A stretch of 56,215 nucleotides of DNA from Acutalibacteraceae bacterium (GTDB lineage: Bacteria > Bacillota > Clostridia > Oscillospirales > Acutalibacteraceae), in contig JAZSED010000038.1 of assembly GCA_045531495.1 (NCBI GenBank), forward strand, positions 1 to 56,215. The letters are read 5' to 3'. This document shows positions 8,018 to 17,263 of this stretch, in pieces. The notes beneath the pieces are model-generated. The model was not told where the DNA came from and did not search any database. It saw nothing but the letters and a program-made list of their open reading frames with translations. Numbering within the stretch: the stretch's first letter is position 1; every line of letters starts with the position of its first letter. The translations under genes and the position numbers were made by a program.

Positions 8018-9019
8018 ATGGATAACAATGTACGTCCTGAAAGCATGGAAAGAATTACCACCAAAGCGCTTGCCGATGCGTTCATCGCAGAACAGGTTGA
8101 GGCCGTTCGCGCACAGGTTGGTGACAAAAAGGTGTTGCTCGCCCTTTCCGGCGGTGTTGACTCCTCGGTTGTTGCCGCACTGCTTATCAAGGCTATCGGC
8201 AAACAGCTGGTTTGTGTACACGTAAACCACGGCTTGATGCGTAAAGGCGAGTCTGAGGCGGTTATTGATATGTTCCGCGGCGAGCTGGATGCCAACCTCA
8301 TTTACGTAGACGCGACCGACCGTTTCTTAGACCTGCTTGCAGGCGTGTCCGACCCCGAGAAAAAGAGAAAAATTATCGGCGCAGAGTTTATCAATGTGTT
8401 TGCTGACGAAGCGAGAAAGCTCGACGGCGTGGCGTTCCTCGGTCAGGGTACTATTTACCCCGACATTTTGGAGAGCATTAAGCAGGCAGAAGGCAAAAAG
8501 GCCGTGAAATCCCATCATAATGTGGGCGGCCTGCCCGAAGATTTGCAGTTTGAGTTGGTAGAGCCCTTAAAGCTGCTGTATAAAGACGAAGTACGTGTTG
8601 TAGGCGAGGCGCTCGGTCTGCCCCACGCGATGGTATACCGCCAGCCGTTCCCCGGCCCTGGCCTTGGTGTGCGTTGCCTTGGCGCTATCACCCGCGACCG
8701 CCTTCACGCACTGCGTGAAGCGGATGCTATTCTCCGCGATGAGTTCGATAAATGCGGCCTTGCGGAAAAGGTGTGGCAGTTCTTTGTGGTTGTCCCCGAC
8801 ATTAAGAGCGTCGGCGTGAAGGACGAAAGCCGTTATGAAGGCTGGCCCGCCATCATCCGTGCGGTCAATACCAAAGACGCGATGACCGCAACGGTGGAAG
8901 AAATCCCCTACCCCGTTCTGCACAAAATCGTCTCCCGCATCACCGCGGAAGTAGACGGCATCAACCGCGTACTGATGGACCTGACCCCGAAACCCGTGGG
9001 TACTATCGAGTGGGAATAA
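8018..9019 (+). CDS. guaA: GMP synthase, ATP-pyrophosphatase plus dimerisation domains only (no glutamine amidotransferase domain)
   Basis: PP-loop LALSGGVDSSV, DPEKKRKIIG and the C-terminal KPVGTIEWE match GuaA. The ORF is 333 aa and starts about 25 aa before the PP-loop domain. A GGGGGA RBS is present. Confidence 0.8.
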   Translation: MDNNVRPESMERITTKALADAFIAEQVEAVRAQVGDKKVLLALSGGVDSSVVAALLIKAIGKQLVCVHVNHGLMRKGESEAVIDMFRGELDANLIYVDATDRFLDLLAGVSDPEKKRKIIGAEFINVFADEARKLDGVAFLGQGTIYPDILESIKQAEGKKAVKSHHNVGGLPEDLQFELVEPLKLLYKDEVRVVGEALGLPHAMVYRQPFPGPGLGVRCLGAITRDRLHALREADAILRDEFDKCGLAEKVWQFFVVVPDIKSVGVKDESRYEGWPAIIRAVNTKDAMTATVEEIPYPVLHKIVSRITAEVDGINRVLMDLTPKPVGTIEWE

Positions 9020-9032
9020 GTTGAATAACGGT

Positions 9033-9070
9033 AAAAGAGCTGACTGATGCAATCAGTCAGCTCTTTTTGT
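9033..9070. terminator. Bidirectional terminator between guaA and murF
   Basis: Stem GAGCTGACTGAT / ATCAGTCAGCTC is flanked by an A run on one side and a T run on the other. Confidence 0.7.
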
Positions 9071-9084
9071 TTTGTTTCTTTATA

Positions 9085-10449
9085 TTATTTTTGCAGCCAC
9101 TCGACGATTTCTTCAAAATGCATACCGTGGGAGGCTTTTACCAGCACGGTTGTGTCCGCAAAATCCGCGGAGGTGTGTGCGGCGAAAAACGCCGCCTTAT
9201 CCGCATAATATTCCGCCGCAACCCTTTGTTCTGCCGCGCCTTTTTGCATATTCTCCGCCAATTTTCCGATAAAAATCATACGGTCTACGGGCGCTTTTGC
9301 CGCGTATTGCCCCACCTCGCGGTGCAACGCTTCTTCCTCGCTGCCCAGCTCAAACATATCACCCAAAATCACACATTTGGGACCTTCTGCCATCATCAAC
9401 AGGTCAATAGCACTCTTCATAGACACGGGATTGGCATTGTAGCAGTCATCAATAACCGTTTTATCCGCCAGCTTCAAAATATTACTGCGGCCACCCGTCG
9501 CTTTTACAGAGGCAATGCCCGAAAGAATTTCCTCTTGGCTCATACCCAAAAGCCGTGCCACACAGGCAGAAGCCAGCGCGTTATTCACCATATGCACACC
9601 GGGCAGCGGCACGGCGGCCTCTGTCTCCTGCCCCATCAGATGCATGGTAAACTCACTGCCGAACAAGCCCTTGGAACGCACCTGCGACGCGCAAACGTGT
9701 AGGTTGTTTTGTTGGTTCATACCGAAGAAATACGGCGCTTTGCCGTGTACGGTTTCAATGGTGGCGAGCTTATCATCATCGCCGTTGAGCACCACATGGC
9801 CATCCTGCTGCATAAAATCAAATATCTCGGTTTTGGCACGCAGTACGCCGTCTCTGTCCCCCAAATTTTCCAAATGACACAGGCCGATGTTGGTAATCAC
9901 GCAAATATTCGGTCGCGCAATCTCGCTCAAACGGTGCATCTCTCCGAAATCGCTGATGCCCATTTCCACCACTGCGACCTCGTGCTCTTCACGAATGGTT
10001 AAGATGGTCAACGGCAGGCCCACCTCGTTATTAAAATTCCCTTGGGTCTTTTGCACCCGAAACTTTGCGCCGAGTGTTGCCGCCATCATTTCCTTTGTGC
10101 TGGTTTTTCCCACACTTCCCGTTATGCCGATAACAGGAATGGTCAACTGCTGTCGATAAAATGCCGCCACCTTTTTCAGCGCCACGAAGGAATCCTCCAC
10201 CAAAATGTACGGAACGTCCGTCTCGGGCGCTTTTTCACAAATAACCAGAGCCGCGCCCTTTTCCGCCACCTGCGGAATAAAGCTGTGCCCGTCTACGCGC
10301 TCCCCTTTTGTGGCAAAAAAGGCAAAGCCCGGCTCCACCTTTCTGGAATCCAGCACCGCACCTTGTATTTCAAACGCTTCCCGACCCGCCGCTTGTTGCA
10401 ATTCGCTTTGCAGGCAAGCCGCGATGTTGGATAATGTCATATTGCGCAT
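9085..10449 (-). CDS. murF: UDP-N-acetylmuramoyl-tripeptide--D-alanyl-D-alanine ligase
   Basis: GITGSVGKTSTKEM is the Mur ligase P-loop, and DDCYNANP and LGDMFELG also match. I chose the ATG at 10449 because of its GAGGGG RBS; the ORF track extends to 10488. Confidence 0.85.
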   Translation of the reverse strand: MRNMTLSNIAACLQSELQQAAGREAFEIQGAVLDSRKVEPGFAFFATKGERVDGHSFIPQVAEKGAALVICEKAPETDVPYILVEDSFVALKKVAAFYRQQLTIPVIGITGSVGKTSTKEMMAATLGAKFRVQKTQGNFNNEVGLPLTILTIREEHEVAVVEMGISDFGEMHRLSEIARPNICVITNIGLCHLENLGDRDGVLRAKTEIFDFMQQDGHVVLNGDDDKLATIETVHGKAPYFFGMNQQNNLHVCASQVRSKGLFGSEFTMHLMGQETEAAVPLPGVHMVNNALASACVARLLGMSQEEILSGIASVKATGGRSNILKLADKTVIDDCYNANPVSMKSAIDLLMMAEGPKCVILGDMFELGSEEEALHREVGQYAAKAPVDRMIFIGKLAENMQKGAAEQRVAAEYYADKAAFFAAHTSADFADTTVLVKASHGMHFEEIVEWLQK

Positions 10450-10454
10450 ATGTA

Positions 10455-11486
10455 TTACCCCTCTCTTAACGAGATTTCTATCAGCCATTCACAAAGGTCA
10501 CCGTAAGAGATGCCCACCGCCTGCGCTTCTTGAGGAAGCAAGGAAGTGGGTGTCATACCCGGCAACGTATTCGCTTCCAAACAATACATACGTCCGTCTT
10601 CTGCCAACATAAAGTCCATGCGGGCATAGTTTTTCAAGCGCAACACCTTGAAAACCGCCTCCGCATACGCTTGCATCTCTTTTGTCTTTTCTTCACACAA
10701 ATCCGCAGGGCAGGTTTCCACGGTAGAGTCTGCCTGATACTTGTTTTTATAGTCATAAAAACCGCAAATCGGTGCAATCTCAATGACAGGCAACGCCTTG
10801 CCGTCAATCACACCCACGCTGAATTCTCTGCCCTTGATATACTGCTCGACAATCAATTCCTCATCATAGCAAAAGGCATCCTTTTTCGCCGTTTCGTAAT
10901 CTTCTTCCTTTTCCACAATGTAGGTGCCCACGCTGGAACCACCGTTACAGCATTTCACCACAAGCGGGAACGGCACGGTTTTGCGGTCGACCTCGCCTTT
11001 TTTCAAGCGGATGCCCTCGGGGGTCGGAATACCGTTTTGTCTAAAAAGCTCCTTTGCAATAGATTTATCCATAGCAATGGCGCTGCTCATATGCGAGGTT
11101 CCCGTGTAACGGATGCCCATTAAATCAAAGTATGCCTGTATCTTTCCGTTTTCACCTTCTGCGCCGTGCAATGCCATAAACACCACATCCGCCTGCTGAC
11201 AAAGGGCAATCACGTTAGGCCCGAAAAAGCATTTTTTATAATCCGGACGTTGTGCAAGAATGACAGAAATATCGGTAATTTCGGTAGAAACCCCTTTGAT
11301 ATCCGCTGCCCAATTTTTATCCAGCGCAAAGACGTCCTGTGTCATATCGCCGCTATATCCCAAAAACACGTCCAGCAAAATGACCTGATGCCCCTTTTCC
11401 TTCAGTGCCTTATATATGCCTGTTCCCGAAGACAACGACACGTCCCGCTCGGTGCTGATGCCGCCTGCCAAAACCACGATTTTCAT
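10455..11486 (-). CDS. ddl: D-alanine--D-alanine ligase
   Basis: MKIVVLAGGISTERDVSLSSG, ALHGAEGENG and the ATP-grasp motifs (CLEANTLPGMT) match. Start is the ATG at 11486, with a GAGGGA RBS. Confidence 0.9.
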   Translation of the reverse strand: MKIVVLAGGISTERDVSLSSGTGIYKALKEKGHQVILLDVFLGYSGDMTQDVFALDKNWAADIKGVSTEITDISVILAQRPDYKKCFFGPNVIALCQQADVVFMALHGAEGENGKIQAYFDLMGIRYTGTSHMSSAIAMDKSIAKELFRQNGIPTPEGIRLKKGEVDRKTVPFPLVVKCCNGGSSVGTYIVEKEEDYETAKKDAFCYDEELIVEQYIKGREFSVGVIDGKALPVIEIAPICGFYDYKNKYQADSTVETCPADLCEEKTKEMQAYAEAVFKVLRLKNYARMDFMLAEDGRMYCLEANTLPGMTPTSLLPQEAQAVGISYGDLCEWLIEISLREG

Positions 11487-11675
11487 AATTTCCCTCATTT
11501 CTGCCGTGTGTGTAAACAATATACATATACAGTATATAACTTTTCGCCTTGAAATTCCATAGTTATTATGAGATTTTTATGATTTTATTTCAAAATGTGC
11601 AAGTCGGGCAAAAAAAGCGCCTTCAAAGCCACGGGCGTTGACCGGCCGCACCAAGCGGACGATTGGAATTAAGCA

Positions 11676-11710
11676 GAAAAAACCGCGTGGATTTCTCCAC
11701 GCGGTTTTTT
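11676..11710. terminator. Bidirectional terminator downstream of the cell-wall-binding repeat gene
   Basis: AAAAAACCGCGTGGA-TTTC-TCCACGCGGTTTTTT. Confidence 0.7.
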
Positions 11711-11758
11711 GTTAGGCTAGCAAGAGGAAAAGTCGCTTTTCGTTACGATTTTGGCAGA

Positions 11759-14700
11759 TTATTCTACCCAATACCCTTCGTTGAAGTAATACTCTTTTCC
11801 GCCGATTTTAAATACGCCGTTTTCGGCAATCTTACCGTTTGCCAAGACGTATACCCATTTGCCGTTTGCAGCGGTGTACCAGCCTTGCTTGGTCACCAGC
11901 TTGCCGCCGGCATCGTAGTAGCTGTAGCTGTTGTCATACCAAGCGAACATAACATCGTTTGCAATCATTTTGCCGTCATAATCAAACGCATAGTACGCAT
12001 TACCGATTTTGTATTCCGTTTCGCCCGAAACGACCTGGCCGTATTCGTCAATGTAATACCAATCGTTGCCAACCTTCAGCCAGCCCTGCTGGTTTACGGT
12101 GCGAACAAGCACGCCGGCGTTATCGAAATAGTACATCGTACTGCCGATAACACAATAGCCCGTCACCATATGCGGCTCTACGGTTGCGCCGATATACATA
12201 CCAAGCGCGTCGCCGTATACGTCTACGTAATATCTCTTGCCGTTTTCAAACACCCAAGAGGAAAGCTTATGCGTTCTGTCAAAATACACCCACTCGCCAT
12301 GGATTTTCTTCCAGCCGAGATAGTCAGCACGCTCGCCACCCGCGGTGTAGTAGAAACAACCGCCTTCGGTATAGGCGAAGCAATCGGTCACCATTTTGCC
12401 GTCATAGTCGAAATAATACCACTTGCCGTCGATAAGGAGCTCTCTGTCTCTTACCGTACGTTCTGCCATTATATAATACCAATTGCCGTTAAACGATTTC
12501 CAGCCGTCGGTCGTGCCTAAACGGTTTTCACCGAGCCAAACACCGTTTTTGTCAAAGGAATGCTGTTTACCATTGATGGTGAGCGTTTCATCGTACGCCA
12601 TCATATCGCCACGGAAATAGTACCATTTACTGCCCTGCTGCAGCCAATCGTTGCACACAAGAGAGCCGTCGGCTCTGGCATATACCCAATAATCCTCTAC
12701 TATTTCGTACCAGCCGGATTTTACCTTGACACCTTTCTTATTGACGTAATATAGTTTTCCGTTGTCCGTTTCAATAAATTCGTTGACCGCCATTGCGCCT
12801 TCGCGAATATAGTAGTCACCCGTCCAACCGGTATACGGTTTACCGTTCACAAAGTAAAGGGCTTCGCCGTAACCGCCCGACTGCCGATACGTCCAACCGT
12901 TAGGTGCCGTTCTTTTAATAACCGCACCGTCATTGTTGGTGGTAACAATCTGTTCACTGTAATAGTCATATACAGTAGTATTTACCAGCAATCTGCCGTC
13001 ATCAGCAAACAGATACGCTTTGCCGTTAACAGAGTAAATACCGTCTCTGTGCAACCAACCGCAATCGTTGGGATTGCCGTAATACCAAATGCCGTCCACC
13101 TTAAACCAGCCGGTCAGCGCATCACCGTTGCCGCCGAGGTATCGGTTGTCATAGAATTGGTTAGCAAGCATTTTGCCGTCGTTGTCAAACACAAAGAAGC
13201 GGTCTTTTTCGTCAACAAATTCCCATCTGACAAGCTCTTTTCCATAGCCGTAATCATCAACATAATACCAGCTGCCGCCTGCCTGATGCCAGCCTGCCGT
13301 GCTGAAGGAGCCTACCTTTTTACCGTCGCCGTTGGTGACATACCATACGCCGTTGACTTCACAGGTGCCGTTCTCGACCAGCACACCGTTTTCCTGGAAC
13401 ACGTATCCTGCGCTGTCCACGCCCGTAAAGAGCTTGCCGCTGGACGCCGCCCAGAACCAATGATTATGAGAATCCTTTATCCAGCCTTTGTTTGCCATCA
13501 CACCATCGGCGTCGAAGAAATAAAAGGCATTGTCAATGTAGTAAGAGCCGTCGTACACCATCATACCGTCATGGAGGAAATAGTACCAACGGGCACCCTC
13601 GCCACGCCATTTGTTGGTGATAAGTGCACCGCTCGCTTGGGCAAAATACCACCTTCCTCGGCTGTCGGCAACCCAACCGTTACACGCCATTACACCGTTC
13701 GCATCAAAGAAATAGTATGCATTCCCGATGTAAGCGGAGCAATTGGTGAGCATAGTACTGCCCTCATCGAAATAGTACCATTTTCCGCCGGACTGTATCC
13801 ATTTTTCGGTCGCCGGTTTTCCGTTCTCCAAATAGATGGTACGACCGTAAAGCTCTATAAAGCCTGTAGAAGTGAGCTTTTGGGAAACACCGTTTCCTGC
13901 AGCAACGTATGCGTAGCCGTCGTCACCGAGGAAATAGGTTGCATAGGTCATCTCGGGCTGCATATAATACTTGTTGTTTTCCAGCCAACCGACATACAAG
14001 CTGGAATCTCCGGTAAAGTATACCCATTCGCCGTTGATGGCTTTCCATTGTCCTACATATGTAGCAATGCTGCCGCCGTTGCCGTTTTCATCCATATAGG
14101 TCGCATAATAATATTTGCCGGTAGCATAATCCTCTACGATTTCGTCGGTTCTCAGCTCACCGTTATTGGAAAACGCATACCGCTTGCCGCCGATTTGGTA
14201 AATACCGCCTTCATAGCGGAGGCCGTCGTCACCGAAATAGTACCAAGCGCCATAGTCGTAGAGTTTTACCCATTGATTCTGCGCCAACGCGCCGTCTGCC
14301 GCGCCGCCCTGCGCGTAATAATACTCCCACTCACCGGTCTCTTCATCGTATATGCTGAAATCGGTATTAAAGTACATCCGGCAGTCCCAATCAAAGCCGT
14401 ACAGCTTGCCGCCGATTTCATAAATACCTTCGTAGCAAAATGCATTATCCTGTACATAATACCAATAACCGTCTTCCAGCGTCCAACGATTGTTCAAAAC
14501 CTCTCTGGCAACGCCCGATGCATTCACTAAAATGCATCTTACCGTATCGCCTTCATACACCGTGTGGGTGCCGCCGGTCAATATGTAACCGTCTCCGCTA
14601 AAATAATATTGTTTCCCGTCAACAGTAACCAATCCTTGGGGCGCTTTGCCATCCGCACCGTAGTAATACCAATCGCCCCATTCGTAATCGGGACCGTTGC

Positions 14701-15976
14701 CGTAATCCTCATAATACCACGCGTTGACATATAGCGCACCGCCTGCTCTGGCGCGGTAATGGCCGTCGTTCACCCATTCCCAGATTTCTTCGTCCCAATG
14801 ACCAAACGAGAAGCTTTCGTCATCATACATCCAGCCGCTCGCATCGAAACCGTACAGGACGTCGTAAATTGCATACACACCGTTCTGGTAGCGTTTAGCG
14901 TCTGCGCCATAATAGGTCCAATATCCCTCAGGGGTCAGAATCCATTTGCTCTGCGCTAACGCACCGTCTGCCGCGCCGCCCTGCGCGTAATAATACTCCC
15001 AATCATCAATTGCTTCGTTGTACCGCTCGAAAACAGCGTCATAATACATTTTTGCGTCGTAGTCGAAGCCGTATTGCTTACCGCCAATGGTATAAATTTC
15101 ACCGCTGCAAAATGCATTATCCTGTACATAATACCAATACCCGCCCAATGCCGTCCATTGGTTATTGAAGGCTTCCTTGGCAATACCGTCTGCATCTACC
15201 ACGAAAAACCGCAGCGCAGATTCTTCGTCTTCTGTATACACGCCCTCGGTATACATACAGCCGTCGTTTCGGAAATAATACTGTTTACCCTGAACGGTGG
15301 CAAAGCCCTTCACTGCTTTGCCTTTATCACCGTAGTAATACCAATCGCTCCATTCGTAATCGGGGCCGTTGCCGTAATCTTCATAATACCACGCGTTGAC
15401 ATAGAGCGTGCCGTCCTCCTTGGCACGGTAAGAACCGACAGTCACCCACATATCTGCCTCTTGGTCGTACCGATCCACCGAGAACGTTTGATCCCGGTAC
15501 ATCCAACCTTGGTCAGTAAAGCCGTACCAAGCGCCGCCGATTTCATACACACCGTTGGTATACGCCTTGCCGTCGGCACCGAAATAATACCATTTTTCGT
15601 CATCCTGCTTCCAATCGTTCAAAAGCAGCTTGCCATCTGCCTGCGCATAGTAATACTCGATCTCATCCGTCTCGTAGTTGTATCGGTCATACAGACCGTC
15701 GTTTTGCAGCACGCCGTTCCCATCAAACACGTACCATGCATCGCCGATTTGGAAAGCGCCGTTTTCATAACGGCTTCCGTCCTCACCGGCGTAGTACCGT
15801 TCGCCTTCATACTCCACCCATTGGTTGGTGAGTATTTCTCCGTCCTGCACAAAGACCCATTCCCAGACAGTGTCACTCCACTCGTAGGAAACACTACCTT
15901 CGGCAGATACCGCGGTTACGGACAACAGAAATGCCATCAGTAACGCGAGAAATGCCACCGTTCTTTTGCCTTTCAT
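11759..15976 (-). CDS. Secreted protein made almost entirely of cell-wall/choline-binding-type (CW_binding_1-like) repeats
   Basis: Signal peptide MKGKRTVAFLALLMAFLLSVTAVSA. After it, roughly 20-aa units of the type GW.k..GkWYYF...G.m..G run for about 1380 aa. No recognisable catalytic domain is present. Confidence 0.85.
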   Translation of the reverse strand: MKGKRTVAFLALLMAFLLSVTAVSAEGSVSYEWSDTVWEWVFVQDGEILTNQWVEYEGERYYAGEDGSRYENGAFQIGDAWYVFDGNGVLQNDGLYDRYNYETDEIEYYYAQADGKLLLNDWKQDDEKWYYFGADGKAYTNGVYEIGGAWYGFTDQGWMYRDQTFSVDRYDQEADMWVTVGSYRAKEDGTLYVNAWYYEDYGNGPDYEWSDWYYYGDKGKAVKGFATVQGKQYYFRNDGCMYTEGVYTEDEESALRFFVVDADGIAKEAFNNQWTALGGYWYYVQDNAFCSGEIYTIGGKQYGFDYDAKMYYDAVFERYNEAIDDWEYYYAQGGAADGALAQSKWILTPEGYWTYYGADAKRYQNGVYAIYDVLYGFDASGWMYDDESFSFGHWDEEIWEWVNDGHYRARAGGALYVNAWYYEDYGNGPDYEWGDWYYYGADGKAPQGLVTVDGKQYYFSGDGYILTGGTHTVYEGDTVRCILVNASGVAREVLNNRWTLEDGYWYYVQDNAFCYEGIYEIGGKLYGFDWDCRMYFNTDFSIYDEETGEWEYYYAQGGAADGALAQNQWVKLYDYGAWYYFGDDGLRYEGGIYQIGGKRYAFSNNGELRTDEIVEDYATGKYYYATYMDENGNGGSIATYVGQWKAINGEWVYFTGDSSLYVGWLENNKYYMQPEMTYATYFLGDDGYAYVAAGNGVSQKLTSTGFIELYGRTIYLENGKPATEKWIQSGGKWYYFDEGSTMLTNCSAYIGNAYYFFDANGVMACNGWVADSRGRWYFAQASGALITNKWRGEGARWYYFLHDGMMVYDGSYYIDNAFYFFDADGVMANKGWIKDSHNHWFWAASSGKLFTGVDSAGYVFQENGVLVENGTCEVNGVWYVTNGDGKKVGSFSTAGWHQAGGSWYYVDDYGYGKELVRWEFVDEKDRFFVFDNDGKMLANQFYDNRYLGGNGDALTGWFKVDGIWYYGNPNDCGWLHRDGIYSVNGKAYLFADDGRLLVNTTVYDYYSEQIVTTNNDGAVIKRTAPNGWTYRQSGGYGEALYFVNGKPYTGWTGDYYIREGAMAVNEFIETDNGKLYYVNKKGVKVKSGWYEIVEDYWVYARADGSLVCNDWLQQGSKWYYFRGDMMAYDETLTINGKQHSFDKNGVWLGENRLGTTDGWKSFNGNWYYIMAERTVRDRELLIDGKWYYFDYDGKMVTDCFAYTEGGCFYYTAGGERADYLGWKKIHGEWVYFDRTHKLSSWVFENGKRYYVDVYGDALGMYIGATVEPHMVTGYCVIGSTMYYFDNAGVLVRTVNQQGWLKVGNDWYYIDEYGQVVSGETEYKIGNAYYAFDYDGKMIANDVMFAWYDNSYSYYDAGGKLVTKQGWYTAANGKWVYVLANGKIAENGVFKIGGKEYYFNEGYWVE
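14270..15595 (-). repeat. Tandem duplication of a ~224-aa (~670-nt) block inside the repeat protein gene
   Basis: aa ~128-345 and ~352-569 align colinearly, e.g. LYVNAWYYEDYGNGPDYEW, WYYVQDNAFC and EYYYAQGGAADGALAQ in both. A 40-nt run, CCGTCTGCCGCGCCGCCCTGCGCGTAATAATACTCCCA, is identical near 14291 and 14964. Confidence 0.75.
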
Positions 15977-16183
15977 ATATATCCTCCTTCTTTTGGTGTT
16001 TTACGCCAAAACACCTTTTGTCCCCTTCATTATACACCTACGAAATGCGGTTGTAAAGCGGACAAAATCAATAAAAAAAGAAAGTATTAAACAGCATCTT
16101 GTCTAAATATGCGAAAAAATCTGCCGCCGCGCCTTCCTTTCAGGAAGAAGGCTGTAAGCGACAGGCGCTATATGGCTGAGCAA

Positions 16184-16212
16184 TTGACAAATGGGGGCTT
16201 TTCTGTTATACT
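16184..16212 (+). promoter_or_regulatory. Sigma-A-type promoter candidate for the glycan locus
   Basis: TTGACA (16184-16189), a 17-nt spacer and TATACT (16207-16212), with an upstream TGn extended -10. Confidence 0.45.
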
Positions 16213-16261
16213 ATCAAAAGAGTATGTGCATTTTTAGCCACGTGAAAGAAGGAGAAAGAAA

Positions 16262-17263
16262 ATGGGTGTAGTTTTATCGGTTGTCGTACCGAGTTACAAC
16301 GTTGAAAAATACTTGGACAAGTGTTTGACATCTTTTTCGGACCATCGTTTTGACGACCGTTTAGAGGTGATTATCGCCAACGACGGTTCCACCGACAAAA
16401 CCCGTGAAATTGCCGAAGGATACGTACAACAGTATCCGCGCATTTTCAAGCTCATCAACAAGGAAAACGGCGGTCACGGTTCTGCTGTAAATGCGGGCAT
16501 TGAAAATGCGACCGGCAAATATTTCCGCATTGTAGACGGTGACGATTGGGTTATCACCGAAAATATGGTCACCCTCCTTGACATTCTTGAAAAAAGCGAC
16601 GCGGATATGGTGGTGGACGAGCATCGCGAGGTGCATATGGTAACGGGCGAAACCACCCTCTTCCCCCTATCCGACCAAATTGAAACGGACAAGCTGCTCG
16701 ACTTCTCCAAAATGTGTAACCACCCCGAAATGGGCGTATGCATTATGCTGCACACCCTTTCGTTCCGCACCGCGCTTTTGAAACAGCACAATATCCGTTT
16801 GCAGGAACACATTTTCTATGTGGATATTGAGTATATCATCAAATCCACTATGGAAGCGGAATCCATTGAATTCCATCATTTGGAAATCTATCAGTATTTG
16901 GTAGGCAACGTCAATCAGAGCGTCAGTTGTCAAAACTACGTCAAGCGGTTTTCGCACCATTCAAAGGTGACCCGCGAACTGATTCGGTATGCCACCGCAA
17001 AACAAGCCGGCGGCGAAAAGAAGACCTACCTTGACAACAGGCTGTGCCTGCTTATCAATACCCATATGAACATCTCGCTCATATTTAACAAGGACCGCAA
17101 GGAAGGCCGCGCACAGGCAAAGGATTTCCGCGCGTTTTTGAAGGAAATCAATCCGCAGTATTACGCGCGCACCCAAAAAAGATATTTGTTGACGCTGTTT
17201 TTACACCTGCTGGGTGTAGATTACGATAAAATGCAAAACATCAAAAGAGGTTTAGGGAAATGA
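16262..17263 (+). CDS. GT2 family glycosyltransferase
   Basis: LSVVVPSYNVEKYL, IIANDGSTDKT and IVDGDDW. Confidence 0.8.
   Translation: MGVVLSVVVPSYNVEKYLDKCLTSFSDHRFDDRLEVIIANDGSTDKTREIAEGYVQQYPRIFKLINKENGGHGSAVNAGIENATGKYFRIVDGDDWVITENMVTLLDILEKSDADMVVDEHREVHMVTGETTLFPLSDQIETDKLLDFSKMCNHPEMGVCIMLHTLSFRTALLKQHNIRLQEHIFYVDIEYIIKSTMEAESIEFHHLEIYQYLVGNVNQSVSCQNYVKRFSHHSKVTRELIRYATAKQAGGEKKTYLDNRLCLLINTHMNISLIFNKDRKEGRAQAKDFRAFLKEINPQYYARTQKRYLLTLFLHLLGVDYDKMQNIKRGLGK

Noticed and set aside
8018-9019. guaA as a truncated pseudogene.
   Set aside because: The ORF is intact to the canonical C-terminus. It has its own GGGGGA RBS and ATG, and the upstream gene is an intact unrelated ORF. No GATase remnant is visible in any frame upstream.
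11663-15943. Long + strand ORFs (285, 493 and 289 aa) opposite the cell-wall-binding repeat gene.
   Set aside because: They are antisense shadows of a highly repetitive gene. Their translations are low-complexity (V/I/A/F-rich), have no start signals, and fully overlap a much better ORF.
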